A stretch of 64,000 nucleotides of DNA, taken from Candidatus Latescibacterota bacterium (lineage in GTDB: Bacteria > Latescibacterota > UBA2968). The notes beneath the pieces are model-generated. The model did no database searches, was not told the origin of the DNA, and saw only the letters and a program-made list of their open reading frames with translations. Location: assembly GCA_965204375.1 (NCBI GenBank), contig OZ241986.1:2656001-2720000 (forward strand). Reading direction: 5' to 3'. Of the stretch, positions 42,281 through 51,693 are shown piece by piece. How positions within the stretch are numbered: the stretch's first letter is position 1; each line of letters opens with the position of its first letter. The position numbers and the translations under genes are program-made.

Positions 42281-43503
42281 TTTACTGCCTCTTCAGCCAG
42301 CACAAATACAAACCCCTGTTCTGCCAACTCGGGTAACATGCGTTGCAATGCATGTAGTGTATTGGATTTTGCGTGCCCAATACCGATCACCGTACCTTCA
42401 TGCCGTGCGCGTGCAGCGAGCCTGTGCAATCGCTTGATCACCGCGTCTTCATCTTCGACAATATCCAAAAACATCGCATTGCGACCACTTGGAATACCCA
42501 TATCCCGTGCAATTGCATAAGCCACCGATTCGGATGACGTGACACTATCTAAAAAAAAGAAATTCCACTTTTCCACAACGCCTAACACCGCTTTCATCGC
42601 TGCAAAATTTTGTGTTAATCGAGACCCCATGTGATTGTTCATCCCCTTTGCATGGGGCACGGATGCGAGAGCATTCTGAGTCAACTCCGCGATCTTTTCA
42701 GGCGCGTAATCCAAAAAAATTGCATTGGGACCTGGATCGTGTGATGGATAGCCTATCGGCTCCATAGGCAAATGAACCATCACGCCGTGATTTTTCTCAA
42801 TCGCCTGTTGCGCTATCCAAGCCGTATGCTTCTCCCCGGGAAAAATCGAAAACGTAATCGGCTGTGGCAACTCGCAAAAAGACAGAATCAAATCCTGCTC
42901 CTGATACCCAAAATCATCGATCACAATGGCAATGCGACCCGCGAGGCGTTCGAGTTCTTTAATTTTCTCAAACCTGAATAAATTGGTCTGCTTATCATTC
43001 AAACCCACGCGAAGCCACAACTCATTGCCCTGTCGGTCTTCGCTACCTTCAATGACTGCCCCACCCAATTCATGCGCCAGATGGGTCAAAGACAGATTGC
43101 AAAGAGCCAGTGGCAAAGCATCGGGCACTTTCGACTGCACTTCCCAACGCAAATGGGGATCCTCGTCTTTGGACAAACGCACCTCTTTAATCACTTCAGG
43201 AGGAACCCCCAGACCGATCAACACATTTTTTGCCCGCACGACCATCGTATCGGCAAATGCGACAATATCTTCTGGACCGGCTTTCCATCTGGGCGTCTCT
43301 TCTACGGGAAGTGCATATTCGACCGACTGTGGTCGCAAAAAATACGACCGCAGCCGCCAAAAATATGATCGCGGCAGCCAAAAATAGGCAGCCACTCCAC
43401 CGGCGAGCAAAATTATCACAACACAGGGCACAACCCATAACCGAAGAGAGCGCCGCTTGCGAGCCATTTCTAATGGTCTTTTTTCCGACAAACGTTTCGC
43501 CAT
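42259..43503 (-). CDS. Divergent polysaccharide deacetylase family protein
   Basis: N-terminal TM; IAIVIDDFG, HLPMEP, NNHMGS, FLDS, IGIGH. Confidence 0.92.
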   Translation of the reverse strand: MAKRLSEKRPLEMARKRRSLRLWVVPCVVIILLAGGVAAYFWLPRSYFWRLRSYFLRPQSVEYALPVEETPRWKAGPEDIVAFADTMVVRAKNVLIGLGVPPEVIKEVRLSKDEDPHLRWEVQSKVPDALPLALCNLSLTHLAHELGGAVIEGSEDRQGNELWLRVGLNDKQTNLFRFEKIKELERLAGRIAIVIDDFGYQEQDLILSFCELPQPITFSIFPGEKHTAWIAQQAIEKNHGVMVHLPMEPIGYPSHDPGPNAIFLDYAPEKIAELTQNALASVPHAKGMNNHMGSRLTQNFAAMKAVLGVVEKWNFFFLDSVTSSESVAYAIARDMGIPSGRNAMFLDIVEDEDAVIKRLHRLAARARHEGTVIGIGHAKSNTLHALQRMLPELAEQGFVFVLAEEAVKEVRSEK

Positions 43504-43512
43504 TTTACAGAC

Positions 43513-44514
43513 TCAATAAATCTGAATTGGATCGGGAATAAAACACAAAACAAAAATAGCCAAGGACGCGTACCCAATCCATCGCCGGGCGGGATCCAGT
43601 TCAACATCGGGATTTGCAGGCGGCGGATGATGCCGCCCCATCAGCGCAGCCAATCCCAACCACACCAGCCAACCGACCCAGCGGGAATCATACCAGGCCC
43701 TGAACACAGATTGTGCATCCCACCAGTGGTAAGGCGGTGCCAATAACCACATCAGAGCCAATCCCACCATTGTCGCCCGAGAAATTAACTGGTGTTTCCC
43801 ACCAAAAATCGCATATACAATATGCCCGCCATCAAATTGTCCCATCGGCAACAAATTCAACACCGTCACAAACAATCCCAACCAGCCCGCAAAAGCCACC
43901 GGGTGCAACATTATCGTGTAGCCCTCAGGCAGATCGCCAATAACCCAGTTGCCCAACCAGCCCGACAACAGGGAATGACCCAGTGCGAGTGTCCCTGCTG
44001 ACACATCCCGCGCTTCCATGATTTTCGACATGTGCAGACCAGCACTCCACGCAATCACCGACATCACAAATCCGGCAATAGGCCCAGACGCGCCAATATC
44101 GATAAGCGCCCGTCGGTTGGGAATTTGAGACCGCAATTTGATCACTGCGCCCAGGGTGCCAATAAACGAAGGGAAGGGGATAAAATAGGGCAATGACGCG
44201 CGCACGCCCCACCAGCGCGAAGTCACATAATGCCCCATCTCGTGTACGACCAAAATAATTAGCAATGTCATGGAAAACGGCAAGCCATAGACCAGATAAC
44301 GCGGATCGAAAATGCGCCAGTCTTCGAACACGGACATAGAGGCCAATTGTGGCGACATAATCATCCCCGCCACCGTCGTCGTGTACGCAGTCGCCAAAAA
44401 CAGCCCAACATGCAGCCTCAAATTCTCCTGCGTCCTGGGCAAAGCCGTCTGCGTGGGAAAATACCGATTATCATTCAAATCGTCTGACACAATCGCTCCT
44501 TCTTCTTCCTTCAC
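43513..44514 (-). CDS. Site-2 protease (M50) family protein
   Basis: HEMGH, LPYFIP, GTLGA, NLLPMGQFDGGH. Confidence 0.92.
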   Translation of the reverse strand: MKEEEGAIVSDDLNDNRYFPTQTALPRTQENLRLHVGLFLATAYTTTVAGMIMSPQLASMSVFEDWRIFDPRYLVYGLPFSMTLLIILVVHEMGHYVTSRWWGVRASLPYFIPFPSFIGTLGAVIKLRSQIPNRRALIDIGASGPIAGFVMSVIAWSAGLHMSKIMEARDVSAGTLALGHSLLSGWLGNWVIGDLPEGYTIMLHPVAFAGWLGLFVTVLNLLPMGQFDGGHIVYAIFGGKHQLISRATMVGLALMWLLAPPYHWWDAQSVFRAWYDSRWVGWLVWLGLAALMGRHHPPPANPDVELDPARRWIGYASLAIFVLCFIPDPIQIY

Positions 44515-44517
44515 CTT

Positions 44518-45402
44518 CTACCTTATCCCCACTGCAATGCGATGCGAATCGCCCAACCCCTGCGATGCAGGCACAAAAGCGTAATCCACCCGCCAGTTGC
44601 GCCGCGTAATACCCAGTCCAAACGACAACATGCGCGTATCGTGCCCGGTTTGAATCCCACCGCGCAAAAACAACCTGCCCATCACCCCGTATTCCAAACC
44701 AAAATTTGCACCTCTGTTGCCCACTGCTGGCAGGCGAAAATCGGCTGTTGCTATCCACGTGCGCCAGAACCACGCCACCCCCATGCGAAACACCCGGGGC
44801 AAGGGGGTGCGTGCCCGGTCTAACTGCGCCATCCGTCCCCAATTTCGATACGATGCTCCCAGCATCAAGTTCTCAGACAGGCGATACAACACGCCTCCAT
44901 CCGCGCTCATCCCCCACGCACTCTCTGGCCCGATATTTTCGTGCAATGCCCGAACCGAAAATCCCACATAAATTCGCTGCCCTATCTTCTGTGCAAAAGA
45001 CAACCCCGCATTGAGATCGTAAACACTAAACATGCCCGCAGGTGTCGCAGTCGGCTCCCGTCGCGCTTCCAATCCCCCAACCCCATAAACGCCCAAACTC
45101 AGCGCAAGGCCGCGCCTACCATTGCCATAAGCCCAGCCACCATACCCCTGCTTGATACCCTGAAACGATCGGTGGTGCGCCAGGATAAAATGTTTGCCCT
45201 GCATAGCTGCCACACCTGCCGGATTCCAAAACGCCGCCGTCTGTTCACCCACCACAGCGGTCTGCGCCTCACCCATCGCAGCAGCACGCGCACCAACTCC
45301 CTCGCGCAACAGCACAAAACCGGCCTTGCGTGCCGAAGCACTGGCCTCAGCGGAAAAAAGGCAACATGTCGCAATAAAAATGCCAAAAATAATGCGCTTC
45401 AC
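44518..45402 (-). CDS. PorV/PorQ-like (UPF0164) outer-membrane protein
   Basis: Signal peptide; GARAAAMGEA, AFWNPAG, VDYAF, SHRI; GTG start after AGGAGG. Confidence 0.8.
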   Translation of the reverse strand: MKRIIFGIFIATCCLFSAEASASARKAGFVLLREGVGARAAAMGEAQTAVVGEQTAAFWNPAGVAAMQGKHFILAHHRSFQGIKQGYGGWAYGNGRRGLALSLGVYGVGGLEARREPTATPAGMFSVYDLNAGLSFAQKIGQRIYVGFSVRALHENIGPESAWGMSADGGVLYRLSENLMLGASYRNWGRMAQLDRARTPLPRVFRMGVAWFWRTWIATADFRLPAVGNRGANFGLEYGVMGRLFLRGGIQTGHDTRMLSFGLGITRRNWRVDYAFVPASQGLGDSHRIAVGIR

Positions 45403-45449
45403 AAAAACCTCCTGATATAGAAATGCTCCAAAACCCAGCGTATCGAATA

Positions 45450-45544
45450 AGAGTAAGCAAACGGGCAAAATGTGTCAACCGCCCATTAGTAAAATGGACC
45501 ATCCCAAGCGCGTAATTGACAGTCTCTGATTTCCTGTTTACATT
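45450..45544. promoter_or_regulatory. Divergent sigma70 promoter pair
   Basis: Minus: TTGACA(45478)-17-TACTCT. Plus: TTGACA(45516)-17-TACATT. Confidence 0.6.
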
Positions 45545-45580
45545 GTGCAGAGGCTCATAGCAATTCTCATTGGAGTCATC

Positions 45581-46015
45581 ATGGCACAAGCAGAAATTGG
45601 CGACCGCGTCCAGATTTACTACAAGGGCATCCTGGAAGACGGAACCATAGCCGAAGGTACACCTGAGAACGAACCATTTGAATTTACAATGGGGGACGAA
45701 TCTGTAAAAGATATATTCACGCGCCTTGTAAACGGCATGGAAGAAGGCGACTCTCGCACGGTGATCCTATCTCCGGAAGATGCGTTTGGCCCCTATAATC
45801 CCGACTTTGTAATCGAAGTTGCGCGATCAAAATTCCCTCCTGATGCACTCCTCGAAAAGGGAATGCGCATGGAAGTACAGTCCGACCCCAATGGTACACC
45901 CATCGAAGTATCCGTCAAAGAAATAACATCCCAAACCGTTACATTAGATGGCAACCATCCCTTTGCGGGAGAAGAAATTACTATGACGATTCAATTGTTA
46001 GAGATTGTGGTTTAG
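45581..46015 (+). CDS. FKBP-type peptidyl-prolyl isomerase (SlyD/SlpA-like, no His tail)
   Basis: YKGILEDG, PEDAFG, LDGNHPFAG. Confidence 0.9.
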   Translation: MAQAEIGDRVQIYYKGILEDGTIAEGTPENEPFEFTMGDESVKDIFTRLVNGMEEGDSRTVILSPEDAFGPYNPDFVIEVARSKFPPDALLEKGMRMEVQSDPNGTPIEVSVKEITSQTVTLDGNHPFAGEEITMTIQLLEIVV

Positions 46016-48406
46016 TTGTACGAACGCATATCCGATGGAAAGGAACTTAGCAAAGTGAAAATAGATGAGACTGCACAATTCTGGAGAACTAAAAAACTTA
46101 GCGTCCGTGCATCCAATTGTCTGGCAAAAGCAGATATTGCAAACGAACAAGAGCTAATCAAAAAATTCACAACCCTTGATAGTCTAATTGCTCTCAGAAA
46201 TTGTGGCAGAAAAACAGCCGAAGAGATATGGAAATTTCTCACAAACTTAAAATTTGTCTCCAACTACGATCAGGAAACCGAAATTACATCGTTCAATTCG
46301 AGCAATAAGTATTCGCCCCAAACGCAATCGGTCTTTATCCCGCTTCTGAACATAAAAGTATCTGGTCAAACATGGGAAGCTCTTCAAAAAATTCCGGTCA
46401 ACAATATCCTATGGAGTGTTCGAACTCAAAACATTCTCCTTGTGCAAGGCTTCAAAACACTTGCCGAGATTGCTGAACTTTCCGCCAAACAATGGCTCAA
46501 ATTTAAGAATTTCCGACGCAAATCTCTGATCGAGATTCAGGAGACAGTCAATAGAATTATAGAAAACCCTGATATGTTTAATCCAGATGATGAGCATTCT
46601 GATCTGGATCCTAATCATTCTGTTAAATCACAATGGTTCTTTATACCGCTCTTAAACATAAAAGTATCTGTTCGCACATGGGCAGCTATTCAAAAGACTC
46701 CCGTCAACAGTATCCAATGGAGTGTTCGAACAAGAAATGTGATCAAGCAGCAGGGACTACAACAACTTGCCGACCTATGCCAATTTTCATCAGAGGAATG
46801 GCTCAGTTTTAGAAACTTCGGAAGTACCTCTTTGACTGAACTTCAAGTACGCTTGACCAAAACAGTCAAGCAACTTGGAGCCAATCTTGATATGCTTGAC
46901 CCGACCGATGAGGATTCTGATCCACGTCCTGAACATTCTAGCAAAGAGCAACCGCCGGTCTTTATCCCACTTCTGAACATAAAAGTATCTGGTCAGACAT
47001 GGATAGCTCTTCAAAATAGATCTATTCATCAATTAACCTGGAGTGTTCGGACCCAAAATATTCTCCTTGCACAAGACTTCAAAACACTTGCCGAGATTGC
47101 CAAACTTTCTCCCAAACAATGGCTCAAATTTAGAAATTTCGGGCGCAAATCCCTGACCGAAATTCAGGAAACAGTCAATAAAATTATAGCAAATCCCGAT
47201 GTGCTTGATCCGAAAACTGAGTATTCCGTGGAAGTATCACAGATTCAGACACTGACTGAACTCGGTCATGTGGTTTTTCAACGCCTGCAAATTCGCCAAC
47301 AGGAAGTTGTTAAATACTACCACGGTTATGACGAAACACCTAAAAACTTACAGCAAATTGGTGAATTACTTGGGTTTACTCGTGAGTACGTCAGACAAAT
47401 TAAGAAGACAGTCAACAACAAACTCAATCAGGGCGTGGACAATTATCTAATCACAACCACCATCTTCCGTCTTTTGAGCAAGTCTATCCGCTATATTCTA
47501 TCACAGTATGGCGGATTCTGTTCTGTCGAAAAACTCCAAGAAATTATTCGTCAGCGGTTGAGATGGGGAAATAGCGAACAGTGGATTATAAACTGGTTTA
47601 ATGAAGCATTCGGCGAGGCGTGGATATGCTCAGGAGCAGACGATTATAAAATTGTTGATGGTGTCTGCTATCTGAAATCGGGAGAATCCTTTCAGGACTT
47701 TTTAATACAACTCGCATCGAGACTCCAACATTACGGTTATCGACCATTGGCATTGGAAGAATGCCAAAATCTCATTGCAAAAATGGACGGAGCAGTATAC
47801 AACTGCGACAGCAGTTCAATAGCTTTCGATTCAAGTCGGTTGCTCGATGTAATTACCAGCTATCCCAGCTTAAAAGTTTATCGGTATGGTAAAACACACA
47901 TCGGACTAAAAGCATGGACCTGGTTCAATCCTGAAAAACCAATGACTGCCGCAGGACAAGCTTCACTCATCGAATGGTATCTCCGAATGACTAATGAGCC
48001 AGCCACGGCAAAAGAGATTGCCAATGGGATAGGGAGCCAACTTGGCAATTTCAGGTTGACGTCTTTCGACGTTGCCGATATTTGCGAAAAACACCCCTAT
48101 CGCTTTCAAGTTGATGACAATGGTGCCTACGGCTTACACCTTTGGGAAGAATCTTCAAAATATCGACAAGACCTCACAGAATTACTTTCAGATGAACCAT
48201 TATCTATTGAACAGATTGTAGAGGTATTATCCGCCCCAGAACCGGCTGATACGTTGCTAATTGTTGCAGCATTAAACTTTTCAGATTCGTTTGTAGAAAC
48301 GGTGCCTTTCGAGTGGGTATTAAAGCCACAGACGGGCACTATTAAAACGGAAGATGATTTCGATTATACCAATCTTACTTTTGAAGACTTAATACCTAAA
48401 TTATGA
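46016..48406 (+). CDS. Protein with 4 RNAP alpha-CTD-like repeats, sigma70 region-4 HTH and HARE-HTH-like C-terminus
   Basis: LSVRASNCL...RNCGRKTAEEI plus three WSVRTxN...NFxxxSLxE(I/L) repeats; RQQEVV...NLQQIGELLGFTREYVRQI; RFQVDDNGAYGLHLWE; start may be GTG 46055. Confidence 0.8.
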   Translation: MYERISDGKELSKVKIDETAQFWRTKKLSVRASNCLAKADIANEQELIKKFTTLDSLIALRNCGRKTAEEIWKFLTNLKFVSNYDQETEITSFNSSNKYSPQTQSVFIPLLNIKVSGQTWEALQKIPVNNILWSVRTQNILLVQGFKTLAEIAELSAKQWLKFKNFRRKSLIEIQETVNRIIENPDMFNPDDEHSDLDPNHSVKSQWFFIPLLNIKVSVRTWAAIQKTPVNSIQWSVRTRNVIKQQGLQQLADLCQFSSEEWLSFRNFGSTSLTELQVRLTKTVKQLGANLDMLDPTDEDSDPRPEHSSKEQPPVFIPLLNIKVSGQTWIALQNRSIHQLTWSVRTQNILLAQDFKTLAEIAKLSPKQWLKFRNFGRKSLTEIQETVNKIIANPDVLDPKTEYSVEVSQIQTLTELGHVVFQRLQIRQQEVVKYYHGYDETPKNLQQIGELLGFTREYVRQIKKTVNNKLNQGVDNYLITTTIFRLLSKSIRYILSQYGGFCSVEKLQEIIRQRLRWGNSEQWIINWFNEAFGEAWICSGADDYKIVDGVCYLKSGESFQDFLIQLASRLQHYGYRPLALEECQNLIAKMDGAVYNCDSSSIAFDSSRLLDVITSYPSLKVYRYGKTHIGLKAWTWFNPEKPMTAAGQASLIEWYLRMTNEPATAKEIANGIGSQLGNFRLTSFDVADICEKHPYRFQVDDNGAYGLHLWEESSKYRQDLTELLSDEPLSIEQIVEVLSAPEPADTLLIVAALNFSDSFVETVPFEWVLKPQTGTIKTEDDFDYTNLTFEDLIPKL
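46334..47210 (+). repeat. Three ~310-bp intragenic repeats encoding alpha-CTD-like units
   Basis: TTTATCCCGCTTCTGAACATAAAAGTATCTGG-type unit at 46334, 46640, 46961; copies 1 and 3 most alike. Confidence 0.9.
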
Positions 48407-50046
48407 AAGGTTCACATCGCATGGTTTTGCCACAACATCAACAACCCATAACTATTCGACTTGCACGGAAAGCAGACATTGAAGGCGCGAAACGAATTGC
48501 GGACCAAAACCGATCAGAATTGGGATTTGTCAACATCGCCATTTTACAGGTAGCACAAAGCAAGGGCTGGCTACTTGTTGCAGCCGAATGGGAAGATCAG
48601 AGAAAGCATGATATGGTCATTGGCTTTGCAAACTTCCGAATTAGACAGGATAGAAATGCAACGCTGTATGAAATAGCAGTAGCTGATACACACAGGCGCA
48701 CAGGTGTCGGTACCCGTTTACTGAGCGAATTAATCCGACGTGTTCACCTTGCAGGAGGACAATATATTCGTCTCAAGTGCCCTGACGACCTAGATTCTAA
48801 TCAGTTTTACCAAAAATGCGGATTTCGGCATGTCGAAACGGAACAAGGGAAAAAAAGACGACTCCATGTGTGGCACTACCATATCCCCCCGACGCACGGC
48901 AAAGAGATAGAAACTTTCTCGATTACTTCACCTAATTCCATGGTTGATGAGAGGGAGACAAGGCATCCCATTGGATGGGAGGTCGAATCTCACATACCCG
49001 CGCATTTCTACGCTTCTTTGACTGTTTCACCGGATCAAATGAGAACATTGCACCACCTCTGGCATGAACATGCACACAATTTTGATTGGAAATTTGGCAA
49101 ATCGAATCCATTTCAACGAGTACTCATCTCGCCTGTCGTTGCTAGCAAGCAGACCTTTGATTTTGTGAGAGAACTAAAACGGACGGGTGAAACGGAAGTA
49201 GCCATGTTTGATTCTGGTGGCTATTTCGTCCAAAAGGGAGATATTTCTTACTACGATCTACATCGAAAACTCTATGAATGCTATAAGCGAGAGGATTGGG
49301 CGGATATATACGTTTTACCAGATAATCCGCCACTCAGCAAAGATTCGCTGAGTTCCGCTGAAGCGAAGATAAAACAAACTGTTGAAGGTAGCTTGCGCCT
49401 TTATAATGACCTTTCCGACACAATTCAGCAGCGGGCGATGCCCGTCGTTCACGCAACGAAAAGTGAACATCTCGACTATTGCCTGCGACATTACAAAAAT
49501 TTTAAAAAAATTGGGTTCGGCTCATTTCCCACAAGTGGGACTTCGAACTCTATCAACCGATTGAACATCAATGCACTGATGATTCTCCAACGGCTGACTC
49601 GAATGCTGAATTCTGACGGTGTTAAAATACATACTTTCGGTATTTCAACACCGCCCGCAATCTATCTGCTGTCATTGGTCGGTGTGCATTCGTTTGATTC
49701 CAATGGATGGATGCGCTCAGGTGGCTATGGCAAGGTCTTCCTACCATTTATGCGGGGTTATATGGTCACTTTTAATTCTCGAAATAATGGGAGTTTGAAT
49801 GAAGCGGAATTTAAATTATGGAAAGAAAACATACAGCATGATTGTCCGTTCTGTGATTCTTTTGATCGGCTTTCCAACAACCGATGGGATCGGATTATGC
49901 ACAATTTAATCGTTATGGCAGAATTGGAAACGCATCAGCGAACACCTCAAATGGATATGTTACAAGAGTTATCAGGAGCTTACTATCGTATGTCGGAAAG
50001 CTTAATAGGTGAAGACTTGTGGCCTATTAGTAATCACGACCTTTAA
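48403..50046 (+). CDS. GNAT acetyltransferase fused to a TGT-fold (DpdA-like) transglycosylase
   Basis: GNAT: YEIAV..HRRTGVGTRL, SNQFYQKCGF. TGT: MFDSGGY, VLPDNP, MPVVH, IHTFG, SFDSNGW, HDCPFC...HNL. ATGA overlap with upstream gene. Confidence 0.85.
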   Translation: MKGSHRMVLPQHQQPITIRLARKADIEGAKRIADQNRSELGFVNIAILQVAQSKGWLLVAAEWEDQRKHDMVIGFANFRIRQDRNATLYEIAVADTHRRTGVGTRLLSELIRRVHLAGGQYIRLKCPDDLDSNQFYQKCGFRHVETEQGKKRRLHVWHYHIPPTHGKEIETFSITSPNSMVDERETRHPIGWEVESHIPAHFYASLTVSPDQMRTLHHLWHEHAHNFDWKFGKSNPFQRVLISPVVASKQTFDFVRELKRTGETEVAMFDSGGYFVQKGDISYYDLHRKLYECYKREDWADIYVLPDNPPLSKDSLSSAEAKIKQTVEGSLRLYNDLSDTIQQRAMPVVHATKSEHLDYCLRHYKNFKKIGFGSFPTSGTSNSINRLNINALMILQRLTRMLNSDGVKIHTFGISTPPAIYLLSLVGVHSFDSNGWMRSGGYGKVFLPFMRGYMVTFNSRNNGSLNEAEFKLWKENIQHDCPFCDSFDRLSNNRWDRIMHNLIVMAELETHQRTPQMDMLQELSGAYYRMSESLIGEDLWPISNHDL

Positions 50047-50056
50047 CGGAGAAACT

Positions 50057-50899
50057 ATGGCACGGTCACACATCTTAAAAGGATTTTCAGATTTGGAGTC
50101 GGCATTGTGGGTTCACAAATACTACCCCGGACTTACAATTCGGCAAATGATCAAAAGAGCTTTGGAAAACGGTTACTCAGTAACAGATACCGCACGTTAT
50201 GAAGCAGTTCAGCTATTAAGCGAGTGGGGATTGGCGGATGGAAAAGGCCGATCATTAACTCCCGAAGGCCAGGCTTTCTATTCTCTATGGGAAACAAAAC
50301 GAAGTACCGCAATTGATTTTTTACACGGACGACAATACGGCTTATGGACCCAAAATCACCCCGACCAAAACATCGCTTCGTGGGCATATAAAAACATCTG
50401 TGACTACCTGTGGACACAGCAAACGCTTCCAGACAAAGATCGAGACCTGGTGTCTTACATCAATGATCTTCGTACTTCCGACGAAGTGGTGATTCCACCG
50501 GATACGGGTAATGCGTTCTCCAATAAGTCAATTAAAGACGCTTACGATTGGCTCCTACCATTAGATCCACCTGTCTTAGCTAACGGAGGAGTTGAGCACA
50601 GATCACTTAAAGACGCGATATTCACACAAAGAGCATTCTGTTCGACATTACTTTTTATGATGGGACTCGGTTATATTGTGCGAGAATCTGACACGGCATT
50701 TGGGGATCTGGTCAAAATTGACGATACGCGAAAACAGGCCATTTGTCGCTTCTGTCTCATCAGCGAAACCGGTTTCGATCTCATGCTTGACGAGGCACTA
50801 CGTCAGGTCTCTTACTCGTGCCTTTCGGTACAGCGGGACTGGGACGGGATTTACATGGTGTTGAATCAAGAGCCTGAGGTCAGGGACTTTATTGATTGA
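50057..50899 (+). CDS. Hypothetical winged-helix protein (BrxA-like position)
   Basis: GGAG SD then ATG 50057; LLSEWGLADGKGRSLTPEG wHTH-like pattern. Confidence 0.55.
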   Translation: MARSHILKGFSDLESALWVHKYYPGLTIRQMIKRALENGYSVTDTARYEAVQLLSEWGLADGKGRSLTPEGQAFYSLWETKRSTAIDFLHGRQYGLWTQNHPDQNIASWAYKNICDYLWTQQTLPDKDRDLVSYINDLRTSDEVVIPPDTGNAFSNKSIKDAYDWLLPLDPPVLANGGVEHRSLKDAIFTQRAFCSTLLFMMGLGYIVRESDTAFGDLVKIDDTRKQAICRFCLISETGFDLMLDEALRQVSYSCLSVQRDWDGIYMVLNQEPEVRDFID

Positions 50900-50910
50900 A
50901 ATGCTCGAAA

Positions 50911-51117
50911 ATTGCGATCCATTCCCTTCAAGAAGCGATCAACTATGAAGACGAAGAGGACGCTTGATTGCATTGAGATGAATGCCTTGGGCGGAACAAA
51001 TCTACAATCAAATCGCAAACCTGACACTCGAAGAACAACTAACTTTCTGGCAAGAACGACCCAAGTTGCAGTGAAAGCATCATGAAAAAAATGAGACACA
51101 AAACATCTACAAATTAA
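50911..51117 (+). pseudogene. Frameshifted copy of 60090-60303
   Basis: ATGAAGACGAAGAGGACGCTTGATTGC vs ATGAAGACGAAGAAGACATTTGATTGC; frame lost after about 13 codons. Confidence 0.85.
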
Positions 51118-51122
51118 ATTCG

Positions 51123-51656
51123 ATGCTCTGGCAATCTTACCATAGAAAACTGCTTGCATTGGCGGAAACCAGCGAGACTTTGACAGTTTCTCAGCAAACG
51201 GTCTGTCAGTTTTTGCGACAAGAGATTGGAGACTATCAGCAGCGTATCAATCTCTGGGGAAATCCAGGAGTCGGTAAAACGTTTCTCGTTCACCATCTCC
51301 ATCACTGTGCAGAAGGTCTCTATTTTTCATCTGTGGAAAATCGTCCAAGCACAGAAATTTCCCCAAATTCAGTGGTTATCATTGATAACGCACCATCTGA
51401 CCGAAGTTTGACGCGTTCCACCTTTGGGGATACGCTTTGGGCTGGCGCATCATCGGTAATTCTGGTAACACGCCAACCAATTGATGATGCGGTTCGGAGA
51501 ATTGAGTTGGCCCTGACAGATAGAGATAGGGCGCAAATTGAGGATGTGATGGGTAGGCTTTTCTCTCATTTGCCACCAGATAAGGTGCGCGATTTTGAAC
51601 GCTACCGCTCAGGAATTTGGGAACAACTTAAGGTGTTAGTAGAACAGGCGAGATAA
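51123..51656 (+). CDS. Small P-loop ATPase (BrxB-like position)
   Basis: INLWGNPGVGKT (Walker A), VVIIDN (Walker B), VILVTR. Confidence 0.75.
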   Translation: MLWQSYHRKLLALAETSETLTVSQQTVCQFLRQEIGDYQQRINLWGNPGVGKTFLVHHLHHCAEGLYFSSVENRPSTEISPNSVVIIDNAPSDRSLTRSTFGDTLWAGASSVILVTRQPIDDAVRRIELALTDRDRAQIEDVMGRLFSHLPPDKVRDFERYRSGIWEQLKVLVEQAR

Positions 51657-51693
51657 AACATAGGCAAAATCCTATCGGGAGAGGATAATATAT

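Noticed and set aside
46016-48406. A true rpoA or sigma factor
   Set aside because: No alpha N-terminal domain, no sigma region 2, and not in a ribosomal operon.
48403-50046. A second housekeeping tRNA tgt
   Set aside because: Lacks TPxFMPVGT and NTYHL, is fused to a GNAT, sits among defence genes, and a canonical tgt is already present.
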